From Acinetobacter sp. (lineage in GTDB: Bacteria > Pseudomonadota > Gammaproteobacteria > Pseudomonadales > Moraxellaceae): DNA of 46,224 bases. The translations under genes were made by a program, and so were the position numbers. This document shows, in pieces, positions 19,499 through 27,776 of this stretch; within the stretch, counting starts at the first letter, position 1; every line of letters begins with the position of its first letter. The notes under the pieces were generated by a model. It was not told where the DNA came from, ran no database searches, and worked only from the letters and a program-made list of their open reading frames with translations. The DNA is taken from positions 1 to 46,224 of the forward strand of contig JBLZXS010000213.1 of NCBI GenBank assembly GCA_050285325.1, given 5' to 3'.

Positions 19499-20389
19499 AT
19501 GAATATTAACCAGGAACAACTGATTATTTTTAAGACCGTGATTGAAACCGGTTCATTTTCTGCTGCCGCAAGACAGCTTGGAAAAGTTCCTTCGGCGGTC
19601 AGTATGTCGATTGCCAATTTGGAAATAGATTTAAATTTATCTTTATTTCAGCGCATTGGACGTGAACCTGTTCCCACAGCACAAGCCCTGACCTTGTATG
19701 AAAAAACAGAACAACTCTTAATCGAAATTAATCAATGGAAACAGCACGCTTTTGCTTTAAGTAAAGGATTGGAGTCCTCATTAAATATTGTGGTGGTATC
19801 CGAACTGTTACACACGCAGTGGACCAACTATATTTCATTGATTGAAAAGCAGTTCCCTGAACTGCAAATCAACATTTTTTCAGCACCGCAAGAAGATGCC
19901 TTAAAAATGTTGCTCAATCAAACCGCCCAATTGGCACTAATGTTTGAACGCGAACAATTGGAAAGTCGTGAACAGTTTGTTGAACTTAAACGTGAAGCTC
20001 TGGTTCCGGTAGCTGCAATTGGCTCTCCTTTAGCAAACTTTGAACATGTCAGCTATGAGCAAATTTTGCAAAACAGACAAATTGTGGTGGCCAGCCGTGA
20101 TCGTACTATTAAGCCTGAACTGTTATTTTCAAAAAAATATTGGCGCACAGACAATCATCATTCTGCCTGCTCCATGATTATGCAGGATTTGGGATGGGGC
20201 GTTTTACCCTTAGAAATGTTAAATCAAAATCCTCATATTAAGCAGCAACTTAAAATTTTAAACTTTTTAGATTTCAGTCCAAAATTTGAATATTTTGTCG
20301 ATTTGGTATGGAGCCGAGAAAGTCAACTGGGTGCAGCTGCTCATTTTTTGATTAATCACATCAGAAATTCGAGGAAAAACATAAAATAG
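19499..20389 (+). CDS. aceR: LysR-family regulator divergent from aceI
   Basis: MNINQEQL...GSFSAAARQLGKVPSAVSMSIANLE; gene context. Confidence 0.88.
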   Translation: MNINQEQLIIFKTVIETGSFSAAARQLGKVPSAVSMSIANLEIDLNLSLFQRIGREPVPTAQALTLYEKTEQLLIEINQWKQHAFALSKGLESSLNIVVVSELLHTQWTNYISLIEKQFPELQINIFSAPQEDALKMLLNQTAQLALMFEREQLESREQFVELKREALVPVAAIGSPLANFEHVSYEQILQNRQIVVASRDRTIKPELLFSKKYWRTDNHHSACSMIMQDLGWGVLPLEMLNQNPHIKQQLKILNFLDFSPKFEYFVDLVWSRESQLGAAAHFLINHIRNSRKNIK

Positions 20390-20474
20390 ACAGGGCTTAT
20401 ACATGCTTTTTACTTGGGTTAAAACCAGATTGTGATATAACAAATATAGGGAAATAACTTTAAGAACTAGACCA

Positions 20475-21464
20475 ATGACTCAATCAGCCTTAAGCCAATT
20501 AAAAAGCCTTACTACCCTTGTTGCCGATAGTAGTGACCTTTCAGCGATCGAAAAATTCCGTCCACTGGATGCAACCACTAATCCTTCACTGATTACTGCT
20601 GCAGCACTTCAACCGGAAAATAAAGAATTGATTGAAGCGGCATTTGAACAGGCAAAATCTGAAGGTTATAGCAACGATCTTTTGGTTGAACGTACAATTG
20701 ATATTTTAACGGTCAAGTTTGGTGTTGAAATTTTAAAACTGATTGAAGGTCGTGTTTCAACCGAAGTAGATGCCTCTTTATCTTATAATACTGATGAAAC
20801 AGTAGCTAAAGCCAAAGAACTGCTTGCACTATATAAAGCTTATGGTATTGATCAAAATCGTATTCTAATTAAAATCGCTTCGACTTGGGAAGGTATTCAG
20901 GCTGCTAAAATTTTAGAAGCTGAAGGCATTCATTGTAACCTTACCCTGTTGTTTGGTCTGCATCAGGCGCAAGCTTGTGCAGAAGCTAATGTTACGCTTA
21001 TTTCACCTTTCGTCGGTCGTATTCTAGATTGGTACAAGAAAGCAGAAAATGTAGATCATTACCCGATTGATAAAGATCCCGGGGTACTTTCAGTTAAACA
21101 GATTTATCATTTTTATAAACAACACTGTATTAAAACGGAAATTATGGGTGCAAGTTTCCGTAGCATAGATCAAGTGCTCGGATTAGCCGGTTGTGACCTG
21201 CTGACCGTTTCACCAAGCCTGCTGGCAGAGCTTGAACAAGATCAACGTGAAGTTGTTGCGCAGCTGTGCAACAATCATGCACAGGCTCATTGTCAGCGTA
21301 TTGTGACGCCTTTAACCAAAGAAACCTTTAAGCAACAAATTGAACATGACTTAATGTCTTCGCAACTTTTACAAAGTGGAATTGATGGCTTTATTAAAGC
21401 CCGTGACCAACTAAGTACATTACTTCGCCAATCTTTTGGATTAGATGCTGAAATACAAGCTTAA
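20475..21464 (+). CDS. tal: Transaldolase
   Basis: DATTNPSLI, ILIKIASTWEGI, ISPFVGRI, MGASFR. Confidence 0.95.
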   Translation: MTQSALSQLKSLTTLVADSSDLSAIEKFRPLDATTNPSLITAAALQPENKELIEAAFEQAKSEGYSNDLLVERTIDILTVKFGVEILKLIEGRVSTEVDASLSYNTDETVAKAKELLALYKAYGIDQNRILIKIASTWEGIQAAKILEAEGIHCNLTLLFGLHQAQACAEANVTLISPFVGRILDWYKKAENVDHYPIDKDPGVLSVKQIYHFYKQHCIKTEIMGASFRSIDQVLGLAGCDLLTVSPSLLAELEQDQREVVAQLCNNHAQAHCQRIVTPLTKETFKQQIEHDLMSSQLLQSGIDGFIKARDQLSTLLRQSFGLDAEIQA

Positions 21465-21485
21465 TTTACGCATTTAGCCCACTCA

Positions 21486-21523
21486 AAAAGCCGATTTTGT
21501 TATAGTTCACAAGTCGGCTTTTT
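21486..21523 (+). terminator. Terminator after tal
   Basis: AAAAAGCCGATTTTGT...ACAAGTCGGCTTTTT. Confidence 0.65.
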
Positions 21524-21541
21524 ATCATTTGCGAGTGTACT

Positions 21542-22192
21542 GTGTTCGGCATTACCGATCTCACCACCTATATTATTGGTACAACCTTAATTGTACTGTT
21601 GCCCGGACCAAATTCTTTATATGTGATGTCCATCGCTTCACGCTTTGGAATTAAAGCAGGTTATAAAGGCGCATTTGGTGTTTATACCGGTGATCTTATT
21701 TTAATTATACTTACTGCACTTGGGGCTGCTTCATTACTGCATGCCTTTCCTTGGGTATTTACCTTACTCAAAATTATTGGTGCCCTTTACCTGAGTTATT
21801 TAGGTATAAAATTGCTGATTGCAGCCTATCACACCTGGAACTCCATTCACTCACAGAAAGAAATTGCTGTAGTGGAAAAAAATATTCAACAACTGCAACC
21901 CTTTAAAACTGCACTGACCATTAGTATTTTAAATCCAAAAGCGATTTTATTTTATTTATCCTTCTTTGTTCAGTTTGTAGATCCTGATTATCCCTACCCC
22001 GTAATTACCTTTACCGCACTTGCGCTTGTATTACAGATCATTAGTATGAGTTATTTAACTGTGCTGATTTTTTCAGGTGCCAAACTGGCAACCTATTTTA
22101 CCCACCGTTATAAAGTAACTGCGACTTGTGTTGCTGCTGTTGGAGTTTTATTTTGTGGTTTTGGTCTTAAACTTGCGACCTCTACCTTGTAA
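21542..22192 (+). CDS. leuE: LysE/RhtB-family leucine exporter
   Basis: GTG start; FGITDL...LLPGPNSLYV, LNPKAILFYLSFFVQF. Confidence 0.82.
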   Translation: MFGITDLTTYIIGTTLIVLLPGPNSLYVMSIASRFGIKAGYKGAFGVYTGDLILIILTALGAASLLHAFPWVFTLLKIIGALYLSYLGIKLLIAAYHTWNSIHSQKEIAVVEKNIQQLQPFKTALTISILNPKAILFYLSFFVQFVDPDYPYPVITFTALALVLQIISMSYLTVLIFSGAKLATYFTHRYKVTATCVAAVGVLFCGFGLKLATSTL

Positions 22193-22316
22193 GTTTTAAA
22201 TAATGAGCGCGATCATTATCCTATTTAATATTTTGATTATGTCTTTGCGTTGAAAAATGAAAAGCGTATGATTAGTGCGCTTTTCAACTATTATAAAATG
22301 ATGGCGCAAAGGATTC

Positions 22317-23489
22317 ATGCAAAAACTTCTCCAAGACTTCTCCATTCCTGCTGTCTTTGCAGGTTTTATTACTTTCCTTGTCGGTATCAGTGTTTCCTCT
22401 GTATTGGTGATTCAATCTGCTCAGCTTTTGGGGGCTTCTACAGCACAAATCACCTCCTGGTTCTGGGCACTGGGTTTGGGCATTGGTTTAAGCGGTTTAA
22501 TCCTGTCTTGGAAGTTTAAATATCCTGTGGCGACCTCATGGTCAACCGCAGGACTGGCCTTAATTCTGGCCACAGCCAATGGCTATAGTCTTTATGAGGC
22601 GATTGGGGCATTTTTAGTTTGTGGATTGCTGACTGCGATTTTAGGTTTTTCCGGTATTTTTCAGAAAGTTTTAACCTATATTCCGCAAAGTTTAACCAGT
22701 GCCATGCTCGCAGGCGTGTTGCTGAAATTTGGTATTGCACTGTTTGCCAGCATGCAAAATGACTGGGGGTTTATCCTGTCATTATTGGCGGTCTATATTC
22801 TCTCTAAACGACTGTCTCCACGTTATAGCATTGTCATCACGGTAATTGCCGGTATTGCACTGTGTCCTCTGTTTTTACAGTTTCATGCTTCAACCATTCA
22901 GTTCAGCCTGGCTCAACCAGTATGGATGGCGCCTGAATTTAGCTGGTCAGCTATTTTCGGTTTGGCTCTCCCATTGTTTGTCATTAACATGGCATCCCAA
23001 TATTTGCCCGGTCTTGCCATGATCAAAAGCTATGGTTATGAACCAAATGTGAACCAGCTGATCGGCTGGACCGGAGCAGCACAAACCATTTTCGCGCCTT
23101 TTGGATGTTTTTCCGTGAATATTGCCGCCATCAGTGCGGCTATCAGTCTGGATGATCAGGCTCATCCTGACAGCAAGAAACGTTATATTGCGGGAATGAG
23201 CTGCGGCTTCTTTTATATCTTGATGGGTTTGTTTGCCGCGACACTGACCAGTATTTTAATGTCTTTCCCTGGCGTATTTATTACTGCTTTGGCCGGTATT
23301 GCACTGTTAGGCACCATTGGTCATAACATTGCATTGGCCTTTCATCAGGCTGCTGAAAGAGAAGCTGTGCTACTGACCTTTTTATTTAGTGCTTCCGGTA
23401 TTCAGTTTTTTGGTATTGGTTCAGCTTTTTGGGGACTATTATTTGGACTTGTTGTTCACTTCATTTTCAAGTTTAAAAATAAATCTTAA
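22317..23489 (+). CDS. BenE-family benzoate/H+ symporter
   Basis: Polytopic protein; WSTAG, AMLAGVL, PLFVINMASQ.LPG, GIGSAFWGL. Confidence 0.85.
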   Translation: MQKLLQDFSIPAVFAGFITFLVGISVSSVLVIQSAQLLGASTAQITSWFWALGLGIGLSGLILSWKFKYPVATSWSTAGLALILATANGYSLYEAIGAFLVCGLLTAILGFSGIFQKVLTYIPQSLTSAMLAGVLLKFGIALFASMQNDWGFILSLLAVYILSKRLSPRYSIVITVIAGIALCPLFLQFHASTIQFSLAQPVWMAPEFSWSAIFGLALPLFVINMASQYLPGLAMIKSYGYEPNVNQLIGWTGAAQTIFAPFGCFSVNIAAISAAISLDDQAHPDSKKRYIAGMSCGFFYILMGLFAATLTSILMSFPGVFITALAGIALLGTIGHNIALAFHQAAEREAVLLTFLFSASGIQFFGIGSAFWGLLFGLVVHFIFKFKNKS

Positions 23490-24055
23490 TCCAGCTTCGC
23501 CCGATAACTTCGGGCGATTAACTCTGTTTTAAGTCGCTGCGTTTCAACTTCATCTTCCACTTCAGTGAATGCGGTCAGCCAAATTCCATCTGCCGCATAA
23601 CGTAAAATTTTCAGTTCAATATCTGAGTCAGTCTGATGATGCTTTATTAGACGTTCATTCAGCCATTGAATCCAATATTCATTGAAAGTTTTATCGGTAA
23701 GCATGGTCATAGAAATGGCAGACCAAGAATGCTCCAAACCCAAGACCTGTTTTTCCAATGTCACTTCAATATAGGCACGGGTAAAACTGCCATAGGGTTG
23801 ATTATCTTGAGCAATAAGCTGATCAATCACAGTATCCAATTGTTGTAAAAGCGAGACCACCATCGACTCAAGTAATTTTTGCTTACTGGGAAAATGATGA
23901 AACACGCCGCCTTTGGTCACGCCAACCAGATCCGCAACGGCTTGTATAGACACCCCATTCACGCCTTTCTCTGCTGCCAAAGCAATCGCATGTTGCAGAA
24001 TTGCCTGACGGATGACTTGAGGTTCTTTCTTACGCTGATGCGGATTGTCGAGCAT
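23486..24055 (-). CDS. TetR-family regulator
   Basis: VADLVGVTKGGVFHHFPSK; C-terminal AADGIW. Confidence 0.9.
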   Translation of the reverse strand: MLDNPHQRKKEPQVIRQAILQHAIALAAEKGVNGVSIQAVADLVGVTKGGVFHHFPSKQKLLESMVVSLLQQLDTVIDQLIAQDNQPYGSFTRAYIEVTLEKQVLGLEHSWSAISMTMLTDKTFNEYWIQWLNERLIKHHQTDSDIELKILRYAADGIWLTAFTEVEDEVETQRLKTELIARSYRAKLD

Positions 24056-24403
24056 TCACGAATGTCCTGTAGAATTTGAAAAAAGATTAATCACCACAAC
24101 CCCTGAAACAATCAGGGCGATCCCAAGCATGGCAGGTACATCTAAACTTTGGCGAAAGATAAAGTAGCCAATTAATGCGGTGAGCACAATCCCCACCCCG
24201 GCCCAAATTGCATAAGCGATACCCAGTGGAATGACTTTAATCACCTGTGACAATAAATAAAAAGCCAATGAAAATAAAACCACCACCACCAGCGAAGGCA
24301 ATAATTTGGTAAAACCTTCAGACTTCACCAGAAATGTTGAACCAATGACTTCAGAAATAATGGCACATGCCAGTAGCCCATAAGCAAATAATATCGAATT
24401 CAT
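24056..24403 (-). CDS. SMR-family (EmrE/QacE-like) efflux transporter
   Basis: TM1 Glu (IISEV), KSEGFT, PLGIAYAIWAGVG. Confidence 0.92.
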   Translation of the reverse strand: MNSILFAYGLLACAIISEVIGSTFLVKSEGFTKLLPSLVVVVLFSLAFYLLSQVIKVIPLGIAYAIWAGVGIVLTALIGYFIFRQSLDVPAMLGIALIVSGVVVINLFSNSTGHS

Positions 24404-24417
24404 CTCTTTAACCCAAA

Positions 24418-24465
24418 AACATACCTTACGGTAGGTATGTTATGTGTTTAGAATTTTTTCTGCAA
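24418..24465 (-). promoter_or_regulatory. Sigma70 promoter with overlapping TetR-type operator
   Basis: -35 TTGCAG (24465-24460), 17-bp spacer, -10 TAACAT (24442-24437); inverted repeat AACATACCT-N6-AGGTATGTT (24418-24441). Confidence 0.7.
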
Positions 24466-24490
24466 GTCTATTTTCAGTTTCTAAGCCTTT

Positions 24491-25495
24491 CTAAAACATT
24501 TCAGGAGTATATTTTTGAATAAATTGAATCGTTTGTTGAAATGTCTGCTGACTGGCTTTTTTACTCATCATAAACTGATATTCATGGACTAAAAACTCTT
24601 TGGAGTCTGGGTAGAATATTTCCGTTACCGGTATGTTTTGATTGATCAAAGCTTTAACAAAAGGTACAGATTGAGTCTTGGTTAAAAAGTCTTTGTTTCC
24701 CCCACTAATCAATACCGGCGGATAATTTGCTGTTAAATATTGAATTGGAGAAATAGTTTTTAAAAATTCTGCGTCATCTTTCTTATTACCGGTATAGGCT
24801 TGAACCAAGTTAAATACACCCCATTCGATTAATTTGAGTTCATCAGGTGCCGTATTAATAAATGCGTTCAGATCATAAATACCGCAATGTAAAATTAAAC
24901 CTTTAATCTGGTCAGGTTGAATTAACGGTGTAATCCCTGACTGCTGCGCAAAGGCTGGATTACTGAGTAAAGCCGCATAATGACTGACTAAATTTGCCCC
25001 TGCCGAATCACCTGCCAAATATATTTGATTGGCATTTATATGGTAATCATCTGCATGCTCGCTCATAAATTTTAATGCCTGATTAATCTGTAACAACTGA
25101 TTGGGATAAATGGCTTTTGGGGCAAATTGATATTGCAGTGAAACCACATTATAGCCTTGATCTGCCAACAGTTTAAAATATCCTCGTGCATGTTCCTTAG
25201 AACCTGAAATCCATCCACCGCCGTGAACCCAGACCACTGTTGGACGCGACTCAAGTTGCATCACATTTTTGGACTGATAAATATCCAGAGTCACCGAAGG
25301 TTGCTGCATATACGCTATATTTTTCTGCACTAAAATTTCTTCTGGTGCATATCGGTCAATCATCCTTTTTTGAACATTGGTTGAAGCATTAAATACACTT
25401 GCAATCACCTGGGTGCTACTTTGCGGGTTCTGACAACCACTACTTTGAAGTGCAACCATCAAACACAAACTTAAACCTAAAAATTTCGAATACAC
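24491..25495 (-). CDS. Exported alpha/beta hydrolase (HSL-family esterase), possible lipoprotein
   Basis: HGGGW, GDSAG; signal peptide ending SSGC. Confidence 0.85.
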   Translation of the reverse strand: MYSKFLGLSLCLMVALQSSGCQNPQSSTQVIASVFNASTNVQKRMIDRYAPEEILVQKNIAYMQQPSVTLDIYQSKNVMQLESRPTVVWVHGGGWISGSKEHARGYFKLLADQGYNVVSLQYQFAPKAIYPNQLLQINQALKFMSEHADDYHINANQIYLAGDSAGANLVSHYAALLSNPAFAQQSGITPLIQPDQIKGLILHCGIYDLNAFINTAPDELKLIEWGVFNLVQAYTGNKKDDAEFLKTISPIQYLTANYPPVLISGGNKDFLTKTQSVPFVKALINQNIPVTEIFYPDSKEFLVHEYQFMMSKKASQQTFQQTIQFIQKYTPEMF

Positions 25496-25763
25496 CGCAT
25501 TATCCTAGAACTTGTTTCTCCGGATTTTTAGGAGAAAGTATGATTTTCGTGCATTTTAATGCATGTTTAAACATTTAGAAATACTTATGTAAATGTTGAG
25601 TTTTTGACTAGGTTTTAAATGCCAAATACAACACTATAATATCAATGATTTACAGATAATTTAATGAATTATCGAAGATTTTTCAGAGACTAAATTGATC
25701 AAAGCATGACAATGTGCTATCTATAAATAATAGCCATACAATAAACTACAAGGAACAATTCTG

Positions 25764-26207
25764 ATGTCATACCAAAACATTTTAGTCCCTGTTGACGGTT
25801 CTGCAATTTCTTATTCCGCAGTCAGAAATGCGGCCAATATTGCCAAAGCTTTTGGTGGTCAATTAACCCTTATTAGCCTAGTGACTGAAGATCCATTTTC
25901 AGAGGCAGATTTTTACTATCCATCTCCCATTATGAAAGAATATTTCGTACAAGCGTATGCCAATGCGGAAAAATCATTGCAACAAGCTCAAGCCATTGCC
26001 AGCGAAAATGGTGTTACAGCGAATACTCAAATCGTTAAAGGGAATGTCTCTGAAGAAGGCATTATTGAAACTGCAGAAAAATTGAAAACTGACCTGATTG
26101 TGATGGGTTCACATGGTCGTAAAGGTTTTCAAAAATTCTTACTCGGCAGCTTTGCCCAAGATGTACTCAAAGGTACAAAACTTCCGGTCTTGATTGTTAA
26201 AGAATAA
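25764..26207 (+). CDS. Universal stress protein
   Basis: ILVPVDGS; IVMGSHGRKG...LGS. Confidence 0.93.
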   Translation: MSYQNILVPVDGSAISYSAVRNAANIAKAFGGQLTLISLVTEDPFSEADFYYPSPIMKEYFVQAYANAEKSLQQAQAIASENGVTANTQIVKGNVSEEGIIETAEKLKTDLIVMGSHGRKGFQKFLLGSFAQDVLKGTKLPVLIVKE

Positions 26208-26340
26208 ATCTTGAAAAATGCCCCCTGCAATTACTGTGGGGTTCATTTGGGCTATTTTGGCGACTCTTTATTCGTCATAGAGACGAACGATTAAAAATAA
26301 AACCGCATCTCCATTCAACAATATACATAAGGATAATTTC

Positions 26341-26784
26341 ATGACCTATAAACATATTTTAGTACCCGTTGATGAATCTCCTATTTCTTATGCAGCTGTT
26401 GAACAAGCCCTCGCTTTAGCCAGATCACTTAATTGTCTAGTCACAATTACCAGCGTGATTGCGGTAGATCCCTTTGTTGGAGTGGATTTTTATAAAGTTG
26501 CGCCTGCAATTACCGACTACTTTATGCAAGCTGAAAAAAATGCGCAGTTGCGCTTAGCTGACATCCAGCAATCATTCGTTCGAGATGGCATTGAGGTAGA
26601 TACAAAAATAATTCGCGGCGTATCACCTGCTGAAGGAATCATTCATGTGGCTGATGAAGTGGGTGCTGATTTAATTATTATGGGTTCGCACGGTCGCACA
26701 GGATTCAAAAAATTAATGTTAGGCAGTGTAGCTCAGGCAGTATTGACCCAATCCCCTATTCCTGTACTGATTATAAAAGTTTAG
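26341..26784 (+). CDS. Universal stress protein (second, diverged copy)
   Basis: ILVPVDES; IIMGSHGRTG...LGSVA. Confidence 0.93.
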   Translation: MTYKHILVPVDESPISYAAVEQALALARSLNCLVTITSVIAVDPFVGVDFYKVAPAITDYFMQAEKNAQLRLADIQQSFVRDGIEVDTKIIRGVSPAEGIIHVADEVGADLIIMGSHGRTGFKKLMLGSVAQAVLTQSPIPVLIIKV

Positions 26785-26800
26785 CTCTTTAGCTAAAAAC

Positions 26801-26830
26801 AAAAAAAGTCCCTCAATGAGGGACTTTTTT
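26801..26830. terminator. Bidirectional terminator
   Basis: AAAAAAAGTCCCTCA-a-TGAGGGACTTTTTT. Confidence 0.85.
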
Positions 26831-26863
26831 GATTAACAGTACCACGCGAGAAAATTGTTAGTT

Positions 26864-26995
26864 CTAGGTGTCTTTATCCAAAGCATGGGGAGCAACTTTT
26901 TTATTTGGATCATTATCAGCATCATTTTTCTGACATGCGGATAAACCTATTAACAGGCTTAGACTGAGGCTTACTGTGCATATTGTTTTAATCAT
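26864..26995 (-). CDS. Small 43-aa lipoprotein (not in ORF track)
   Basis: MIKTICTVSLSLSLLIGLSACQKNDADNDPNKKVAPHALDKDT; lipobox LSAC; GGATGGA upstream; terminator downstream. Confidence 0.75.
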   Translation of the reverse strand: MIKTICTVSLSLSLLIGLSACQKNDADNDPNKKVAPHALDKDT

Positions 26996-27153
26996 CGTTT
27001 TCCATCCATATTTGATGTAAATGCTTAACTATAAAATAATCAATTCACCATTCCTGATCAGTAAGCCTTTTATTTAGATTTGTATCCTTGCATCGATCCA
27101 TTTAAAAATGCTTAAGCGATTTGCGACAGCATTTAAATAACGAGGGATAGAAT

Positions 27154-27366
27154 TTATTTGGAAATGTACTGATGCAAAGTTTGTAGATAAATTTCTGCTT
27201 CAATTTTACTGTCAAAAGTTTTTTGATAAGTTCCCATCGCTTGAATATTATTGGGTGTATATTCAATCACGACAACAAAATGTCCATCAGTGGCATTTTT
27301 TGAAACACGTATAGCTATAATATGTTGAGAGTTCAAATAAAAACCATCTTCAATTTTAACTAACAA
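27154..27366 (-). CDS. Hypothetical protein, about 70 aa
   Basis: TTG start after GGAGA; LVKIEDGFYLNSQHIIAI... Confidence 0.65.
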   Translation of the reverse strand: MLVKIEDGFYLNSQHIIAIRVSKNATDGHFVVVIEYTPNNIQAMGTYQKTFDSKIEAEIYLQTLHQYISK

Positions 27367-27426
27367 AACTCTTCTCCAGTCTACTGAATAAAATGACAGG
27401 CTGAATATCATCACAGTCTGCTAAAT

Positions 27427-27454
27427 AATAAAAGCCCACCTTAGGATGAGCTTT
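27427..27454 (-). terminator. Orphan minus-strand terminator
   Basis: AAAGCTCATC-CTAA-GGTGGGCTTT-TATT pairs fully only on the minus strand (two G-U pairs). Confidence 0.6.
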
Positions 27455-27575
27455 AACAGCATTATTTTACGCTATAAATGTGATTTAATCGACATTTTTA
27501 AAGTGATTACTCCATAGAAAATAAGGCTTATTATTTTACTCATTCATTTAGTTATTCTAAACATATACTCATTAA

Positions 27576-27679
27576 ACTTCTTTCATAATGGTTAATACCG
27601 CCTTTATTTTCTCCCTGAGCTGAATTGAAATGTATTTCAAGTCTGCGCAAGAGAAATAAAAAGAAGTTATGAAAGAAGT
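27576..27679 (-). ncRNA. Candidate structured RNA: 104-nt imperfect hairpin
   Basis: Perfect 13-bp outer arms ACTTCTTTCATAA/TTATGAAAGAAGT; inner long stem closing on TTGAAAT/ATTTCAA. Confidence 0.4.
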
Positions 27680-27714
27680 CTATTTACAGGGTCATTCAGT
27701 TGCACTTTAAAAAT

Positions 27715-27754
27715 AAAAAGCCTTTTCTCGGTTTTAATCAAAAAAAGGCTTTTT
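27715..27754 (-). terminator. pepN terminator
   Basis: AAAAAGCCTTTT...AAAAGGCTTTTT. Confidence 0.75.
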
Positions 27755-27776
27755 CAGTTATTCAATAATATGAGAG

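Noticed and set aside
22250..22519. 89-aa ORF overlapping the BenE start, and the other short ORFs nested in long genes
   Set aside because: Alternative-frame or antisense ORFs within well-supported genes, with no motifs or RBS.
25764..26784. Tandem Usp genes as a recent duplication
   Set aside because: The copies are strongly diverged, and tandem Usp pairs are common.
27548..27586. Chain of tiny minus-strand ORFs (MKEV, MSICLE, MFRITK)
   Set aside because: Expected by chance in very AT-rich DNA; no convincing SDs.
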